Shown piece by piece: positions 39,477 through 54,100 of a stretch of DNA of 64,000 bases. Every line of letters starts with the position of its first letter. The first letter of the stretch is position 1. The DNA lies in assembly GCF_009914755.1 (NCBI RefSeq), contig NC_060928.1; one strand, 5' to 3'. The translations under genes and the position numbers were made by a program. A model generated the notes under the pieces. It was given only the letters and a program-made list of their open reading frames with translations, ran no database searches and was not told the DNA's origin. The DNA comes from the human T2T-CHM13v2.0 reference genome, Homo sapiens.

Positions 39477-42400
39477 ATCATGGAACATTACTCAATTATA
39501 AAAAAAGAATTAAATCGTGTCTTCTGCAGCAACATGGATGGGCTGGAGGCCATTATCCTAAATGAAATAACTCAGAAACAGAAAGTTAAATGCTGCATAT
39601 TCTCACTTATAAGTGGGAGCTAAACAATGAGTACACGTGGACACACAGAGTGGAATAATAGACATGAAGGCTCTGAAAGATGGGAGCATGGAAGGGGGTG
39701 AGGGTTGAAAAATTACCTATTGAGCACAATGTTCACTATTTGGGTGATGGTTACACTAAAAGCCAGATTTCACCACTATGCAATGTATCCGTGTAACAGA
39801 ACTGCACTTGTACTCCCTAAATTTGTATAAATAAAAATTTTTTAAAATAAAGCATACGTATGTTTGCCTTTTAACTGAATTTGTAAACCTGTGTAATATA
39901 AATCAATGAAGAAAGAAAATATTCTCAATATTTGCTAAATAAATAAATGCTTCAAATAATTTGTGAAAGGTCATATCCCATAATATGCACTGAGCATTAA
40001 AAATTAGCTGCACATGCTGAAAACATGTAATGATTTCTGTTCTCATATATAAAAATTTGTTTTTAGTATCTCCCTACTTTTAGCTCTTTTGGGTTAAAAC
40101 TAAAATACATTTGGTTCAATTTAGCTTTCATCAAGACATTATTTTAGCTGAGTGTCTTGAATAAATAAATGGAGATTTGAAAGAGATAGATAATAAATTA
40201 GGGCTAAAAACCACCGATTCCTAATTATATGTGCAGATATCCTCACTACACACATAATTAGGAAGATGTCCTATATAATATGCATAGATTCTAACTTCCT
40301 TGGAAGTTATATCCTCTGGAAATTTTTATCATTCTTTACGCTAACAATTAAGGTAAAGAATATTTAAATAATATGCAAACAGGTAGTGTAGATTTTAATA
40401 TGATCATATCAATGGAAACAGGATAAAAACTTTTATATCAAAAAATGAATTTATTAAAAATGTTCAAAACACCGTGCTTGATGCTGCATTAGTGGTGGGG
40501 GTAGCAATAGTAAATAAAGTGTGAACAAGAACCCCAAGGAACACATTCACTGAGGAAAAAAAGATAATTCTATGAAAGTCACTCCATTTAATATTTATAG
40601 ATTTTAGAAGGGGATCAGAATGGTGATATAAATATTAAAACATTATGTGGAGACATGTAGTTAAAATGATTCTATATGTTCACAATTGGACATAGCTTTT
40701 CTCCTCTAAACATTTAGTATTGATAGAAAAAGATTTAAAAAACAAAAGAGCTTCTAAAAATAGATGAACATCCTGGGGAAGAAAGAAAACAAATTCAAGC
40801 AATGATTTGGCTGAAGACATATGCCTGCTGTACTAGGGAGCTTAAAGCAGACAGCATTACTCTACAACCTTGGCTGCTATGGGGTAAAGAAGACTAAAGC
40901 ACTCTGCGTTGGAACTGCAAAGTAGATCTTGGTGCTCTACTTAGAGCCAGTGGCTTTAGTGGGTTTTCTCTACTTGTGAAAGGAGAGCAAAGAAAAAGCT
41001 CAATCTTGCAAACACAGTCTGTGCTGTGGTTTTTAGCAATAAGAGAGTATCTGGCCGTAGAAAGATGCAGACTTTGCCTCCTAACCAAGAATTGCAACAA
41101 GCTGCCTGCAGTCAAATCTGTGGTATTCTTGAGGTTATCACTAGGCAGAGGTCCCATAGTGCCAAATCCTTGGGAATCACAATGGACTACTGTACATTTA
41201 TTGTAAGCGGTCCCAATTGCAGCACTGTGTAGGTGAGTTTTCTTTGCTGGATCAGAAAACAGTGCTACAGGCACAACTTATGGGGCCACTTATTGGAAAA
41301 TGTATTCTTTTCCATCCCTACAGAAATGATATTTATAATATTGTATTAATTGGACCAGCTAAGCAAGAAACAATGAGTATATTGCAGGACTCTGTAAGAC
41401 ATGTGTGCTCTAAAGAATGGAAGATAAATTCTATGAAGATCGAAGTTACTGCCACTTCAGCAAAATTTTTAGTATTGCAGGAATCAGAGAGGCGCTAGAC
41501 ATGCACTATGAAATAAAAGACAAATTGTTGCATCTTAAATTCCAAGAAGGAAGCTCAATATCTGATCATCTTCTTTGGGATCTGAAAGTAGTTATGTACA
41601 ATGGAGAATAATGCTTTGGCCCTTATTCTCAATCACACGGAATTCTGCCAGCTTTGAGTGTGGCTTAGGGTAGGAAAGGGCTCTGCAGCAGTCAAGGCTA
41701 TATTACAAGTAGATCTGCCACAGGGCTTATTATCTGAGCACACACTATGGTGTTGCAGGTGTCAATGGTGAAAAAAGATAAGGTGGGGAGTTAATGTCAG
41801 CCCCCAGTGGGAGAATCATCTTAAGCCCTTGGGTTCTGGAACAAAACTGTGCCATCTACAGGACAGAATTATATGACTGCCAAGAAACAGCAATGGAGGA
41901 GCTACTGAGACTTGGTGGATCACTTGCTCATATGGCATCATGTGATGCTGCTATAAACTGTCCATTATAAGCTGGAATCTGACAAACCTGCCATGTCATA
42001 AAATAGAGCATGTCCAGGCACAATTCATTATAAATTGAAAATGGTGATCCATAATTGAGCCTAATACAGACAACAGAATATGCGTAAGTTATATTATTTC
42101 ATAGCCCATTTAATCAACCACAGTTGTACTAGCATTGCTTCCTCAGGTCACACTTATGGCATTATGTTTTGGGGTCCTTTATGACCAACTGACAAAAGGT
42201 GGAAAAATTCTGAGTTTGTTCCACAAATCAGTTAGCCTATGATATGTGCACATTCTGAAAATGAGCTGCAGCTGCACTACAGCCCCACTAATAAAGCCGT
42301 GAAAAATATTGGTTAGGGGAAATCCTCTCAATGGGAAAATATGAGGCGCTGTATCTGCTCATCTATTTTGTATGGAAATAGGAGACTTTCAAAATTAGAA

Positions 42401-43116
42401 TATTAAAATAATGAGTGATAACGAATGGTTTGGCTGGTTGATCAAGAAACCAGAAGTAGAAATACTAGAATACTAGCAGTAATAATGTCGGGAAAACAGT
42501 TATATGGGTCTCTGAGAGTGTACATAAGAGAGTAGCTCACATTTAACATCCACCAGGAAATTCTGAACATGGAAGAGGCTTGATTCAATAACCAAGTAGA
42601 AAGAATAATGACTAGTTGTCTTACCTAGCCGCTATCATCAGACACAGGGTACTGGCAAATGGATACATCAACAGAATAGCCATGATGGTCAGGATGGAGG
42701 TTAGTCACGGGCCCATCAGCGTGGTCTCTCACTTACCAACATTGATCTAGCTACTTGTAATGCAGGGTGTCCAATATGCCAGCAATTAAGATCAAAGTTT
42801 AGCCCCCAGTATGTCACCAAGCCTTGCGAAGTCCAAAGAGCTACTTGGAGGAAAACATCCCCTCATCCCTGGAAAGCACAGCAATTCATATCAACTGAAA
42901 GTGACATATATTTTTGTCTTTCCTAATCACAGGGTCTTTTAATCAGCATCAGCAATTGAGGGTGTGTTTAACCCACCAATCCTGTGTCACTAATTGGTAT
43001 AATACATGGGAATAGAAACCAAGAGGAAGTAGTAGGAGTGGTCCCATTAACTGTCACTCTGAATGACACATTTTTGGGAGTTTGTACTTGCTGTCAATTT
43101 TGGTCCTGCAGGTTGA

Positions 43117-43576
<460 letters not shown>

Positions 43577-43842
43577 TGTATAATTATATTTTAAAGTATA
43601 TCTGCCACTATTGCCATGATGAAAGGAACAATGACCCTTCCTGCTAATCTTTTTCTCAGTGTTTGCTTTTCAGGGACACTGACCTGCTACGAAACACTCC
43701 CCATTCCTCTACCCCGTTTACTTTTTCTCCATTCCACTTACCAATATTTAACCAACCTATTGATTATACATAGTTATTTAGTATATTGAAACATCTGGGT
43801 TGAGAGGGTTACCAAGTTTTTAATTCCTGTATCTCCAGGTTT

Positions 43843-44245
43843 CTGTTTCAGTTGACAACTGCACAGTAATGCTGCATAACAAACCAACTCAAACCTCACT
43901 GACTTCAAATAATAATTTTTATCACTCATGGTTATGCAGGTCAATATGAAGAGCCTATTTTATGCAGTGGGGACAGCTCTGCTTTTCGTGTGTTCATTCC
44001 AGGACCTGGGCAATAGGAAAATAATGACCCTGGGGGATATCTTCTCATTTTGACAATAGTAACACAAGAAGTTACACACAACTTCATAGGCATATTTTAA
44101 ACCTCTACTTTCATGACATCTGCTAAAACCTCATTAGCCAAAGGAAGGCACATGACTGATCCCAAAGACAAGAGGCAGAGAAGTATATGACAATCTATAA
44201 AGGCAGAGATAAAGGTTAATATTTTTGAGCATTTAATCTACCGTA
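43843..44245 (-). mobile_element. MLT1 (I/J-like) solo LTR
   Basis: tgctgcataacaaaccaactcaaacctcactgactt...acatctgctaaaacctcattagccaaagg..cacatgact...aatctaccgta. Confidence 0.7.
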
Positions 44246-44947
44246 GTTGAGTAGCTAAGTATTTGTCTATGCATAATAGAAAATGGAAAACATTTGGAGA
44301 CACTGACTTGAGAAGGAAGAAATTAAAACTATCACTATAGATAATGTGATTATAGTAAGGTAAATGCAAAGAATCAGTGGAAAAATTAGTAAATATAATG
44401 AGAATTTAGGATAAGAGAATATAAAAATTACATTTAGGGATTAATAATTATCTTATGTACAAACAATAACCATTTAGAATAAATAATGTAACAGAAGACC
44501 TCATTTTAATAGCATCAAAACTTATCTTGACATAAACTTAAGAAATGAAGAAATGAATATAAACATTATTTTTAAACATTACTGAAAAACTAGGGAGGCT
44601 TGAAAAAACGGAAAACATATTCTTTGTGAAAATAATCATCATACAATTGTCAATTCTTCACAAGTTAATTTATAAATAAAATACAATGTCTTAAAAATGT
44701 CAATAAGCTTTCTTCTTGGAGCATGACAAGTTGATCATAAAGTAAATATGAATGAATACATAAGCCATAATATCGAGGAAAGCCTTGAGATAACAGAGCA
44801 ATGGGTAAGGAATTCTAGCTCTATAGCCTCACAAAATGGGGAAATACACAAAAAAGCCACAGGATTAAACAGTAAAATATTAACCCATGAATAAATAGAT
44901 CCACCAGTGGAACCAAAAATAAATATATAGAAATATACCCAGATGCA

Positions 44948-45280
44948 GGCTGGACGTGGTGGTTCATGCCTGTAATCCCAGCACCTTGGGAGGCCGAGGT
45001 GGGTGGATCACCTAAGGTTAGGAGTTCAAGACCAGCCTGGTCCAACATGGTGAAACCCCATCTCTACTAAAATATACAAAAATTAGCCAGGTGTGGTGGT
45101 GGGTGCCTGCTATCCCAGCTACTCAGGAGGCTGAGGCAGGAGAATCTCTTGAACCTGGAAGGAGGGGGTTGCTGTAAGCCAGGATCGTGCCACTGCACTG
45201 CACTCCAGCCTGCATGACAGAGCAAGACTCCATCTCAAAAAAAAAAAAAGAAAAGAAAAGAAAGAAAGAGAGGAAAAGAA
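44948..45280 (+). mobile_element. AluS
   Basis: Full Alu; 19-bp TSD agaaatatacccagatgca (44929-44947) / agaaatatatccagatgca (45281-45299). Confidence 0.96.
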
Positions 45281-45394
45281 AGAAATATATCCAGATGCAT
45301 ATAAAACTTTAAAGGTTATATGGTCATATAGGAGGCAGAATTTGCACAATTGAATAAACATTTAGAAAAGAATAAATTTAAATCTCTGCTTACA

Positions 45395-46410
45395 AATGTC
45401 AGATAAATTACAGGACATCCAATTAAATTTGAATTTCAAATAAGCAACAAATACCTTTTTAATTAGTATGTACCTAAAGATTATTCATTTTTATCTGAAA
45501 TTCAATACTTTAAAAAAATTACATTGATTCATAATAATTGTACACATTTATGTGGTGCTTGTGATATTTTGATACTTAACAATGTGTAATGATCAAATCA
45601 GGTTAATTAGGATCTCCATCACCTCTAACATAATTCCAAATCTCTTCTCCCTATTTGAATTTATTTCTTCTGTCTAACTGTATTTTTGTGTCCATTAACC
45701 AAACTTTCTTCATGCCCTCTTCCATGTTATTTCCAGCCTCTGGTAACCACCATTCTACTCTCAAATTCCATAAGATCAATTTTATTTTTTAGCTGTATAT
45801 TTTAGCTATATAGTTAGCTGTATTTTTTTTGACACGTGCTATTTTTTTTTCTGTGCCTGGCTTACTTCACGTAACATGTCTTCCAGGCTCAACACCACTG
45901 ATTTCCAGGGACATGCAAATCAAAACCACATGAGGCATTATCTCACCTCAGTTTATCAAAAAGACCAAAAAATAACAAACGCTATTGAGAATGTGGAGAA
46001 ATGAGAAAGGAGATCTCTATCTAGTGTACTACTGGTAGAAATGTAAATTAGTTCATCCACTATGGAAAGCAGTATGGAGATTCCTCAAAAGATAAAAATA
46101 GAACTACCATATTCTTCTGGAATCCTACTGCTGGATACATATGCAAAAGAAGGGAAATGAGTATACTGAAGAGATAAAATCAATACATCAAAGAGATTTC
46201 TGCACCCCCATATTTATTGCAGCACTACTCACAATACCTAAGATATGGAATCAACTTAAAGTTCCATCAATGGATGAATGCATAAAGAAAATATGTTATA
46301 TATACACAACAGAATATTATTCAACTATAAAAATAATGAAATTCTGTCATTTGCAGCAACATGAAGTTCAAATTTAACTGTAATTTTCTGTGCTAAGTTT
46401 AGTAAACTTA
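45395..46410. mobile_element. MER53-like palindromic DNA transposon (MITE), split into 45395-45505 and 46372-46410 by an L1
   Basis: cagataaattacaggacatccaattaaatttgaatttcaaataagcaac...tttatctgaaattcaa | atttaactg; self-complementary arms. Confidence 0.72.
45506..46361 (-). mobile_element. L1MA 3' end with 5' inversion (minus piece 45506 to about 45892, plus piece about 45893-46361)
   Basis: Antisense L1MA 3'UTR (aatgtgtaatgatcaaatcagg) followed by sense ORF2 C-terminus (ORF 46141: CTPIFIAALLTIPKIWNQ); TSD tgaaattcaa (45496-45505) / tgaagttcaa (46362-46371). Confidence 0.8.
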
Positions 46411-46633
46411 CCCGTAATTCACACAGTATACAAGGATACCAAGCACGTATGAGATAAAATGTAAAAAATGAAACCATATAAGAAATAGAAGAAAATATGA
46501 GTAAATTATTTTAAGCCCAAGTAGTGAGAAAAACATTGTAGTTTTTCTAAAAATTTTCTAAAAATCCAGAATCAATAGGAGAAACAATAGTGACAAATTC
46601 AACTTTATTTATTTATTTTTAAAGTTTCATTTT

Positions 46634-48070
46634 TATTCATTTTTTTAAAATTTCAACTTCTATTATAGATTAAAGGGTACACACGTAAGTTTGTTACATT
46701 GGTAAATTGCAGGATGTTGGTCCCATCATCCAGGCCATAACCATAGCACCCAACAGTGGTTCTTCAGCCCACAACCCACTCCCTGCCTCCCTTGTCTAGT
46801 GACCCTCAGTGTCTATTATTTCCATCTTTACAAGCATGTGTCTTCAATGTTTAGCTCCCACTTGTGAGTGAGAACATGCAATATTTGGTTTTCTGCTCTT
46901 GCCTTAAGTCACTTAGAATAATGGGCTCCAGCTCCACCCATGCTGCTGCAAAGGGCATTATTTCATTCTTTCCTAAGAATGCAGAGAGTATTCCATGGTG
47001 TATATATACCACATTTTCTTAATCCACTGTTGATGGGCAATTTTGTTGATTTCATGTCCTTGTTATTGTGAATAGTGTTGCAGTGAGCATACAGGCGCAT
47101 ATGTCTTTCTGGTAGAATTAATTCTTTTCCTTTGGGTATATACCCAGTAAAGGGATTGCTGGGTTGAATGGTAGTTCTATTTTAAGTTTTTTCAGAGGTC
47201 TCAAAACTGCTTTCCACAATGCTGAACAAATTTTCATTCCTACCAACGTTGTATAAACATTTCCTTTTCTCCACAGCCTCACCAGCATCTGTTATTATTT
47301 TGACTTTTTAGTAATAGTCATTCTGACTGGTGTGAGATGGCATCTCATGGTCTTGATTTGCACTTCTCTGATAATTAGTGATGTGAGAATTTTTTTGTGT
47401 TTGCTGACTGCATGATGTCTTCTTTTAAGAAGTGTCTGTTCATATCCTATGACCATTTTCTAACCGGGTTGTTCATTTTTTGGTTGTTGATTTATGTTCC
47501 TCTTAAATTCTAGAGATTATACCTTTGTCAGATGCAAATATTTCCTTGCAAATGTTTTCTCCCATTCTGTAGGTCATCTGTTTACTCTGTTGGTAATTTC
47601 TTTGGCTGTACAGAAGCTCTCTCATTTAATTAGGTCTCACTTGACAATTTTTGTTTCTGTTGCAATTGCTATTGGGAACGTAGCCATAAATTATTCACCA
47701 AAGCCTATATTGAGAAGGGTATTTACTATGTTTTCTACTAGGATATTTACATTTAAATATTTAATATATCTTGAGTTAAGATTCATACGTGGTAAGAAGT
47801 AGGGGTCCAGTTTCATTTTTCTGCATATGGCTAGCCAGTTATCTCAGCAACACTTATTGAATAAGGAATCTTTTCCCATTGCAAGCCTAATCAAAAAGAA
47901 CAAAGCCAGAGGCATCAAATTGCCTAACTTCCAACTATACTACAAGGCTACAGTAATCAAAACAGCATGGTACTGGTACAAAATCAGACACATAGAGCAC
48001 TGGAACAGAAGAGAGAACTCAGTAGTAAATACACATACACCTAGAACCATCTGATCATCAATAAAATTAA
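46634..48070 (-). mobile_element. L1PA15/16-like element with 5' inversion (minus piece to 47882, plus piece 47881-48073)
   Basis: Antisense 3'UTR/ORF2 end, then a sense ORF2 piece ([30 protein letters not shown]); probable TSD taaagtttcatttt / taaagttttatttt. Confidence 0.82.
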
Positions 48071-48153
48071 TAAAGTTTTATTTTTTAATTTTACTTTTAA
48101 TTTAAAAATATATGAGGTACAATGTAATGTTTTGATTTTAAAAGCACACCTTT

Positions 48154-51100
48154 GAGAGGAGGGGCCAGTTGGCCAACTAGAAGCAACTGTGGTTCACAGC
48201 ATTCACAAAGAGGAATGAAAGGGGCTAGTGAATTCAGGACCTTGAACTGAAATATCCAGCTTCTCACATTGGGATTGACTAGGCAAACAACTCCACTGAC
48301 AGAGAACAACGAAAAGCAGGAGGGGATGATGGCCTATGCAGGAGTGGCAGGGAGCCAAAGGAACCCCCACCTCCAGCCAAGGGAATTGTGAGTAATTATG
48401 CGGCCCTGCCCAGGACCATGCTTTTCCCACTAATCTTTGCAACCCGCAGATCAGGAGACCCCCTCATGAGCCCGTACCACCAGGGCCTGGAGTCAGATGC
48501 ACAGAGTTGTGTGGAGTCTCAGCAGAGCAGCCACTGGGGCACACACAGAGACCCAAGAGTTTTACATACTCCAGCCCCAGGATTCCCGCCAAGGCAGAAG
48601 ATCCATCCTTACATATCCCTAGAAAGGCGGCTGAATCTAGGGACCCAAGCAGCATCATCCTGCAGACTCCATTTCCGCAGCACTTCACAAGCTAAAACCC
48701 ACTGGTTTGGAATCCCAGCCAGCCAACAGCAACAAGCTGGCATCTACCTGAGACAGGACCGAGTTCAAGCAGGGAGGGGTGGTCACCATCTCTGCGTTTT
48801 GGTAGACTCAGCCATTCCAGCCTGCCAGCTCTGGAGAATACAAATGGTTCAGACAAGGAAGCGTCTCCCACAATGCAGCACAGCTGCCTTGCTACGTCAT
48901 AGGCAGACTGCTTCTTTAAGTGGGATCCTGATCCATTTCACCTCACTGAGTTGGATCTACCTGTGGGGATTTCAGCCACTCCAGCCAGGATTCTACAGAT
49001 GGAGCTCTGATCTTTTGCTGGCATGGAGAAACCAGGAGGAAGAGTGGCCACTGTCTCTGTGGTTTGGTCAACTCAGCCATTCCAGCCTCCCAGCTGTGGA
49101 GAGTCCAAACAGTTCAGATGAAAATGGGTCCCCCACAACACAACACTGCTCACTATCAAAATACATCCAGACTACTTTTTTAAGGAGGCCTCCGATCCTG
49201 TTCCTCCTTACTGGGTACGACTTCAAGACAGGGGTGTCCAGCCACCTCCTACAGGTGTGTTCAGGCCTCCAACAGGTCAGCACCCCCTGGGACAGAGCTT
49301 CCAGAGGGAGAAGCAGGCTGCCACTTTTGTTGTTTCACAGCCTTCACTGGTGAAACCTCCAGGTATGGGAAAAACTGAGGTAACTAGGGTCTGGAGAGGA
49401 TCCTCAGCAAACCACAGCAGCCTTATGGAAGAGTGGCCTGACTGTTAAAAGGAAGACAAACAAACAGAAAACAACATCAACAAAAAAAGATCCCACAAAA
49501 ACCCCATTCAAAAATCAGCAACTTCAAAGATTAAAGGTAGATAAGCCCACAAAGATGAGAAAGAATCAATGCAGAAACACTGAAAACACAAAAAGCCAGA
49601 GTGCCTCTTCTCCTCCAAATGACTGCAACACCTCTCCAGTAGGGGCATAGTACTGGGCTGAGGCTGAGATGGCTGAATTGAGGGAAGTAGGTTCAGAAGA
49701 TGGGTAATAACAAACTTTGCTGAGCTAAAGGAGCACGTTATAACTCAATGCAGAGAAGCTAAGAGTCATGGTAAAACAATACAGGAATTAAAGGGCAGAA
49801 TAGTCAGTTTGGAGAGGGATATAACTCACCTGATAGAGCTGAAAAACACAACACAAGAATTTTACAATGCAATCACATGTATCAATAGCAGAATAGATCA
49901 AATGGAGGAAAAAATGTCAGAGCTTGAAAACAATCCTTCTGAAATAAGACAGGCAGATAAAAATAGAAAAAAAAAAGAATGAAAAGTAATGAACTAAAGT
50001 TCTGAGAATTATGGGATTATGTAAAGAGACTGGACCAATGACTGATTGGGGTGCCTGAAAGAGATGAGAAGAATGGAACGAAGTTGGAAAACATATTTCA
50101 GAATATCATCTAGGAGGACTTTCCCAACCTAGCAAGACAGGCCATCATTCAAAATCAGGAAATGCAGAGAAACCCAGTGAAATAATTCATGAGAAGATCA
50201 ACCCCAAGACACATAATCATCAAATTCTTCAAGGTCAAAATGAAAGAAAAAATGATAAGGCAGCCAGAGAGTAAAGCCAGGTCACATACAAAGGGAAGCC
50301 CATCAGACTAACAGCAGACCTCTCAGTGGAAATCCTGTAAACCACAAGAGAGGCTGGGCTCGGTGGTTCACGCCTGTAATCCCAGCACTTTGGGAGGCTG
50401 AGGCCAGCATATCACTTGAGGTTGGGATTTCGAGACCAGCCTGACCAACATAGAGAAACTCCATCTCTACTAAAAATACAAAAATTAGCTGGATGTGTTG
50501 GCACATGCCTGTAATCCAAGCTATTTGGGAGGCTGAGTAAGGAGAACCACTTGAACCCAAGAGGCAGAAGTTGTGAGAGGTTGTATGAGAGGCAGAGCTG
50601 AGATTGCGCTATTGCACTCCAGCCTGGGCAACAAGAGCAAAACTCCATCTCAAAAAAAAAAAAAAAAGAAAAAGAAAAAGGAAAGTAAAGAAAAACCACA
50701 AGAGATTGGGGGCTAATACTTCTTAAAGAAAATAATTTCCAACCCAGAATTTAATATCCAGCCAATGTAAACTTCATAAATGAAGGTGAAATAAAATCCT
50801 TTTCAGATATGCAAATGCTGCCTTGCAAGAGCTCCTGTAGGAACCACTATATGTGGAGAGAAAAAAAAAAAAAAAAAAAAGACCAGTGACACTATAAAGC
50901 AACCACATTAAAAAGTCTGCAAAATAATCATCTAGCATCATGATCATAGAATCAAATTCACACATAAAAAAAAACTAACCTTAAATGTAAATTGGCTAAA
51001 TACTCCAATAAAAAGACACGGACAACAATCTGAATAAATAGCCAAGACCCATTGATATACTGTCTTCAAGAGACTCATCTCATGTGCAAAGACATACATC

Positions 51101-54100
51101 AGTTCAAAATAAAATAATGGAAGAAAATTTACCAAGTGACTGGAAAACAGAAAGAAGCAGGGCTTGCAATCCTAGTTTCTAACAAAACAGACTTTAAATC
51201 AACAAAAATCAAAAAAGACAAAGAAGGTCATTCCATAATGGTAAAGGGTTTAATTCAACAAGAAGAGCTAACTATTCTAAATATATATGCACACAATACA
51301 GGAGCACCCAGATTCACAAAGCAAGTTCTTAGAAACCTACAAAAAGACTTAGACTCCCACACATTAATAGTGGGAGATATTGCACTCCACTGATAATATT
51401 AAATAGATCATCAAGACAGAAAATTAGCAAACATATGCAGGACATGATTTTAACTCTGGAACAAGTGGACCTGATAGATAGCTAGAGAACTCTTCACCCA
51501 AATTCAATAGAATATACATTCTTCTCATGGCTACATGGCACTTACCCTAAAATTGATCACATAATCGGAAGTAAAACACTCCTCAGCAAATGCGAAAGAA
51601 CTGAAATCATAACAAATAGTCTCTCAGACCACAGTGTAATCAAATTAGAACTCAAGATTAAGAAATTACTCAAAACCAAACAACCACATGGAAATTGATC
51701 AACCTGCTCCTGAATGACTCCTGGGTAAATAATGAAATTAAGGCAGAAACCAAGAAGTTCTTTGAAACTAATGAGAACAAAGAGGCAATATACCAGACTC
51801 TCTGGGACGCAGCTAAAGCAGTGTTAAGAGGGAAATTTATAGCACTAAATGCCCACATCAGAAAGCTAGAAAGATCTCAAGTTAACAACTTAACATCTCA
51901 ACTAAAAGAACTAGAGAATAAAGAACAAATGAACCCCGAAGGTAGAAGACAAGAAATAACAAAGATCAAAACTGAACTGAAAGAGATAGAGACACAAAAA
52001 AAACCTTCAAAAAAATAACAAATCCAAAAGCTGATTTTTTGAAAAATTTAATAGACTAGATAGACTTCTAGCTACACAAATACAAAAGAAAAGGGAAGAA
52101 TCAAATTAACCCAATCAGAAATGATAAGGTGGCTATCACTGCTGACCTCACAGAAATACAAACAACCATCAGAGAATACCTCTATTCATATAAACTAGAA
52201 AATCTAGAAGAAATGGGTAAATTCCTTGACACATACACCTTCCCAAGACTGAACCAGAAAAAAAATTGAAACCCTGAATAGACCAATAACAAATTCTGAA
52301 ATTGAGGAAGTAATAAATAGCCTACCAATAAAAAAAAAAGCCAAGGACAATCAGATTCACAGGTGAAATCTGCCAGAGGTACAAAGAAGAGCTGGTACCA
52401 TTTCTACTGGAAATATTCCAAAAAATTGAAAAGGAGAGACTCCTACTTAACTCATTCTATGAGGCCAGCATTACCCTGTTACTGAAACCTGGCAGAGATA
52501 AAAAAATAAATAAATAAATAGTCAGGTATTCAGGTCCATACCCTTGATAAACATTGATTCAAAAATCCTCAATAAAATACTGGCTAACCAAATCCAGCAG
52601 TACATCAAACAGTTTATCCACCATGATCAAGCTGGCTTCATCTCTGGGATGCAAAGTTGGTTCAACATATGCAAGTCAACAAATATGATTCATCACATAA
52701 ACAAAACCAAAGACAAAAATGACATAATTATCTCAATAGATGGAGAAAAGGCCTTCAATAAAATTCAACATCCCTTCATGATAAAAACTCTCAATAAACT
52801 ATTGAAGGAACATACTTCAAACTAAAAAGAGACATCTAAACCCAGAGCCAATATCATACTGAATGGGCAAAAGCTGGAAGCATTCCCCTTGAAAACCAGC
52901 ACAGGACAAGGATGCCCTCTCTCATCACTCCTATTCAACATAGTACTGGAAGTTCTGGTCAGGACAATCAGTCAAGAGAAAGAAATAAAGGGTATTCGAA
53001 TAGGAAGACAGGAAGTCAAATTATCTTTGTTTGCAGATAACATGATCGTATATCTAGAAAACCCCATCATCTCATCCAAAAAGCTTCTTAAGCTGATAAG
53101 CAACTTCAGCTAAGTCTCAGGATATAAATTCAAAAAGCAAAAATCGCTAGAATTTCTATTCACTAAAAACAGGCAAGCAGAGAACTAAATCATGAATGAA
53201 ATCCCATTCACAATTGCCGCAAAAAGAATAAAATATTCAGAAATTTCAGAAATACAGCTAACAAGGGAAGTGAAGGACCTCTTCAAGGAAAACTACAAAC
53301 CACTGCTCAAATAAATCAGGGAGGAAACAGACAAGTGGAAAAACATTCCATGCTCATAGATAGAAAGAATCAATATTGTAAAAATGGCCATACTGCCCAA
53401 AGTGATTTATAGATTCTACACCATTCCCATTAAACTACCGTTGATGTTCTTCACAGAATTAAAAAAAAAAAAACTACTTTAACCTTCACATGTAACCAAA
53501 AAAGGGCCCGTATAGCCAAGATAATACTAAGCAAAAAGAACAAAGCTGGAGGCATCATGCTACCTGACTTCAAACTATACTTATGGCTACAGTAACCAAA
53601 ACAGCATGGTACTGGTGCAAGGACAGACACATAGACCAATGGAGCAGACTAGAAAACTCAGAAATAGGACTGCACACTTACAAACATCTGGTCTTCAACA
53701 AACTTGACAAAAGCAAGCAATGAGGAAAGCACTCTCTAATAAATGGTTCTAGGAGAACCGGCTAGTCCTATGCAGAAAACTGAAACTAGACCCCCTTTCT
53801 TGCGTCATATACAAAAATTAACTTAAGATGGGTTAAAGACTTAAATGTAAAACCCAAACTCTAAAAACCCTAGAAGAAAATCTAGGCAATGCTATTCAGA
53901 ACATAGGCATGGGCAAAGATTTCGTAAGTAGAATACCAAAAGCAACTGCAACAAAAGCAAAAATTGACAGTAGGATCTAATTAAACTAAAGAGCTTCTGG
54001 ACAGCAAAAAAACTATCATCAGAGGGAACAGACAACCCACAGGATGGAAGAAAATTTTTTCAATCTATCCATCTTACAAAGGCCTGGTATCCAGAGTCTA

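Larger units (their letters stand above)
32311..39850 (+). mobile_element. Near full-length old primate LINE-1 (L1PB3/4-like): GC-rich 5'UTR, ORF1, ORF2, 3'UTR; decayed
   Basis: 5' caagatgggtgactagatgcagc; ORF1 fragments (DFSAETLQARR, YPTKLSFINGGKIKSFPDKQ); EN (WCLQETHL, FSDHSGIKLEI); L1PB-type 3'UTR aaattacctattgagcacaatgttcactatttgggtgatgg. Confidence 0.88.

Noticed and set aside
48388-49353. Longest ORF in the window (321 aa)
   Set aside because: Lies wholly in the GC-rich, internally repeated 5'UTR of the L1PA13-like element, starts at GTG and has no recognisable domain; best explained as a chance open frame.
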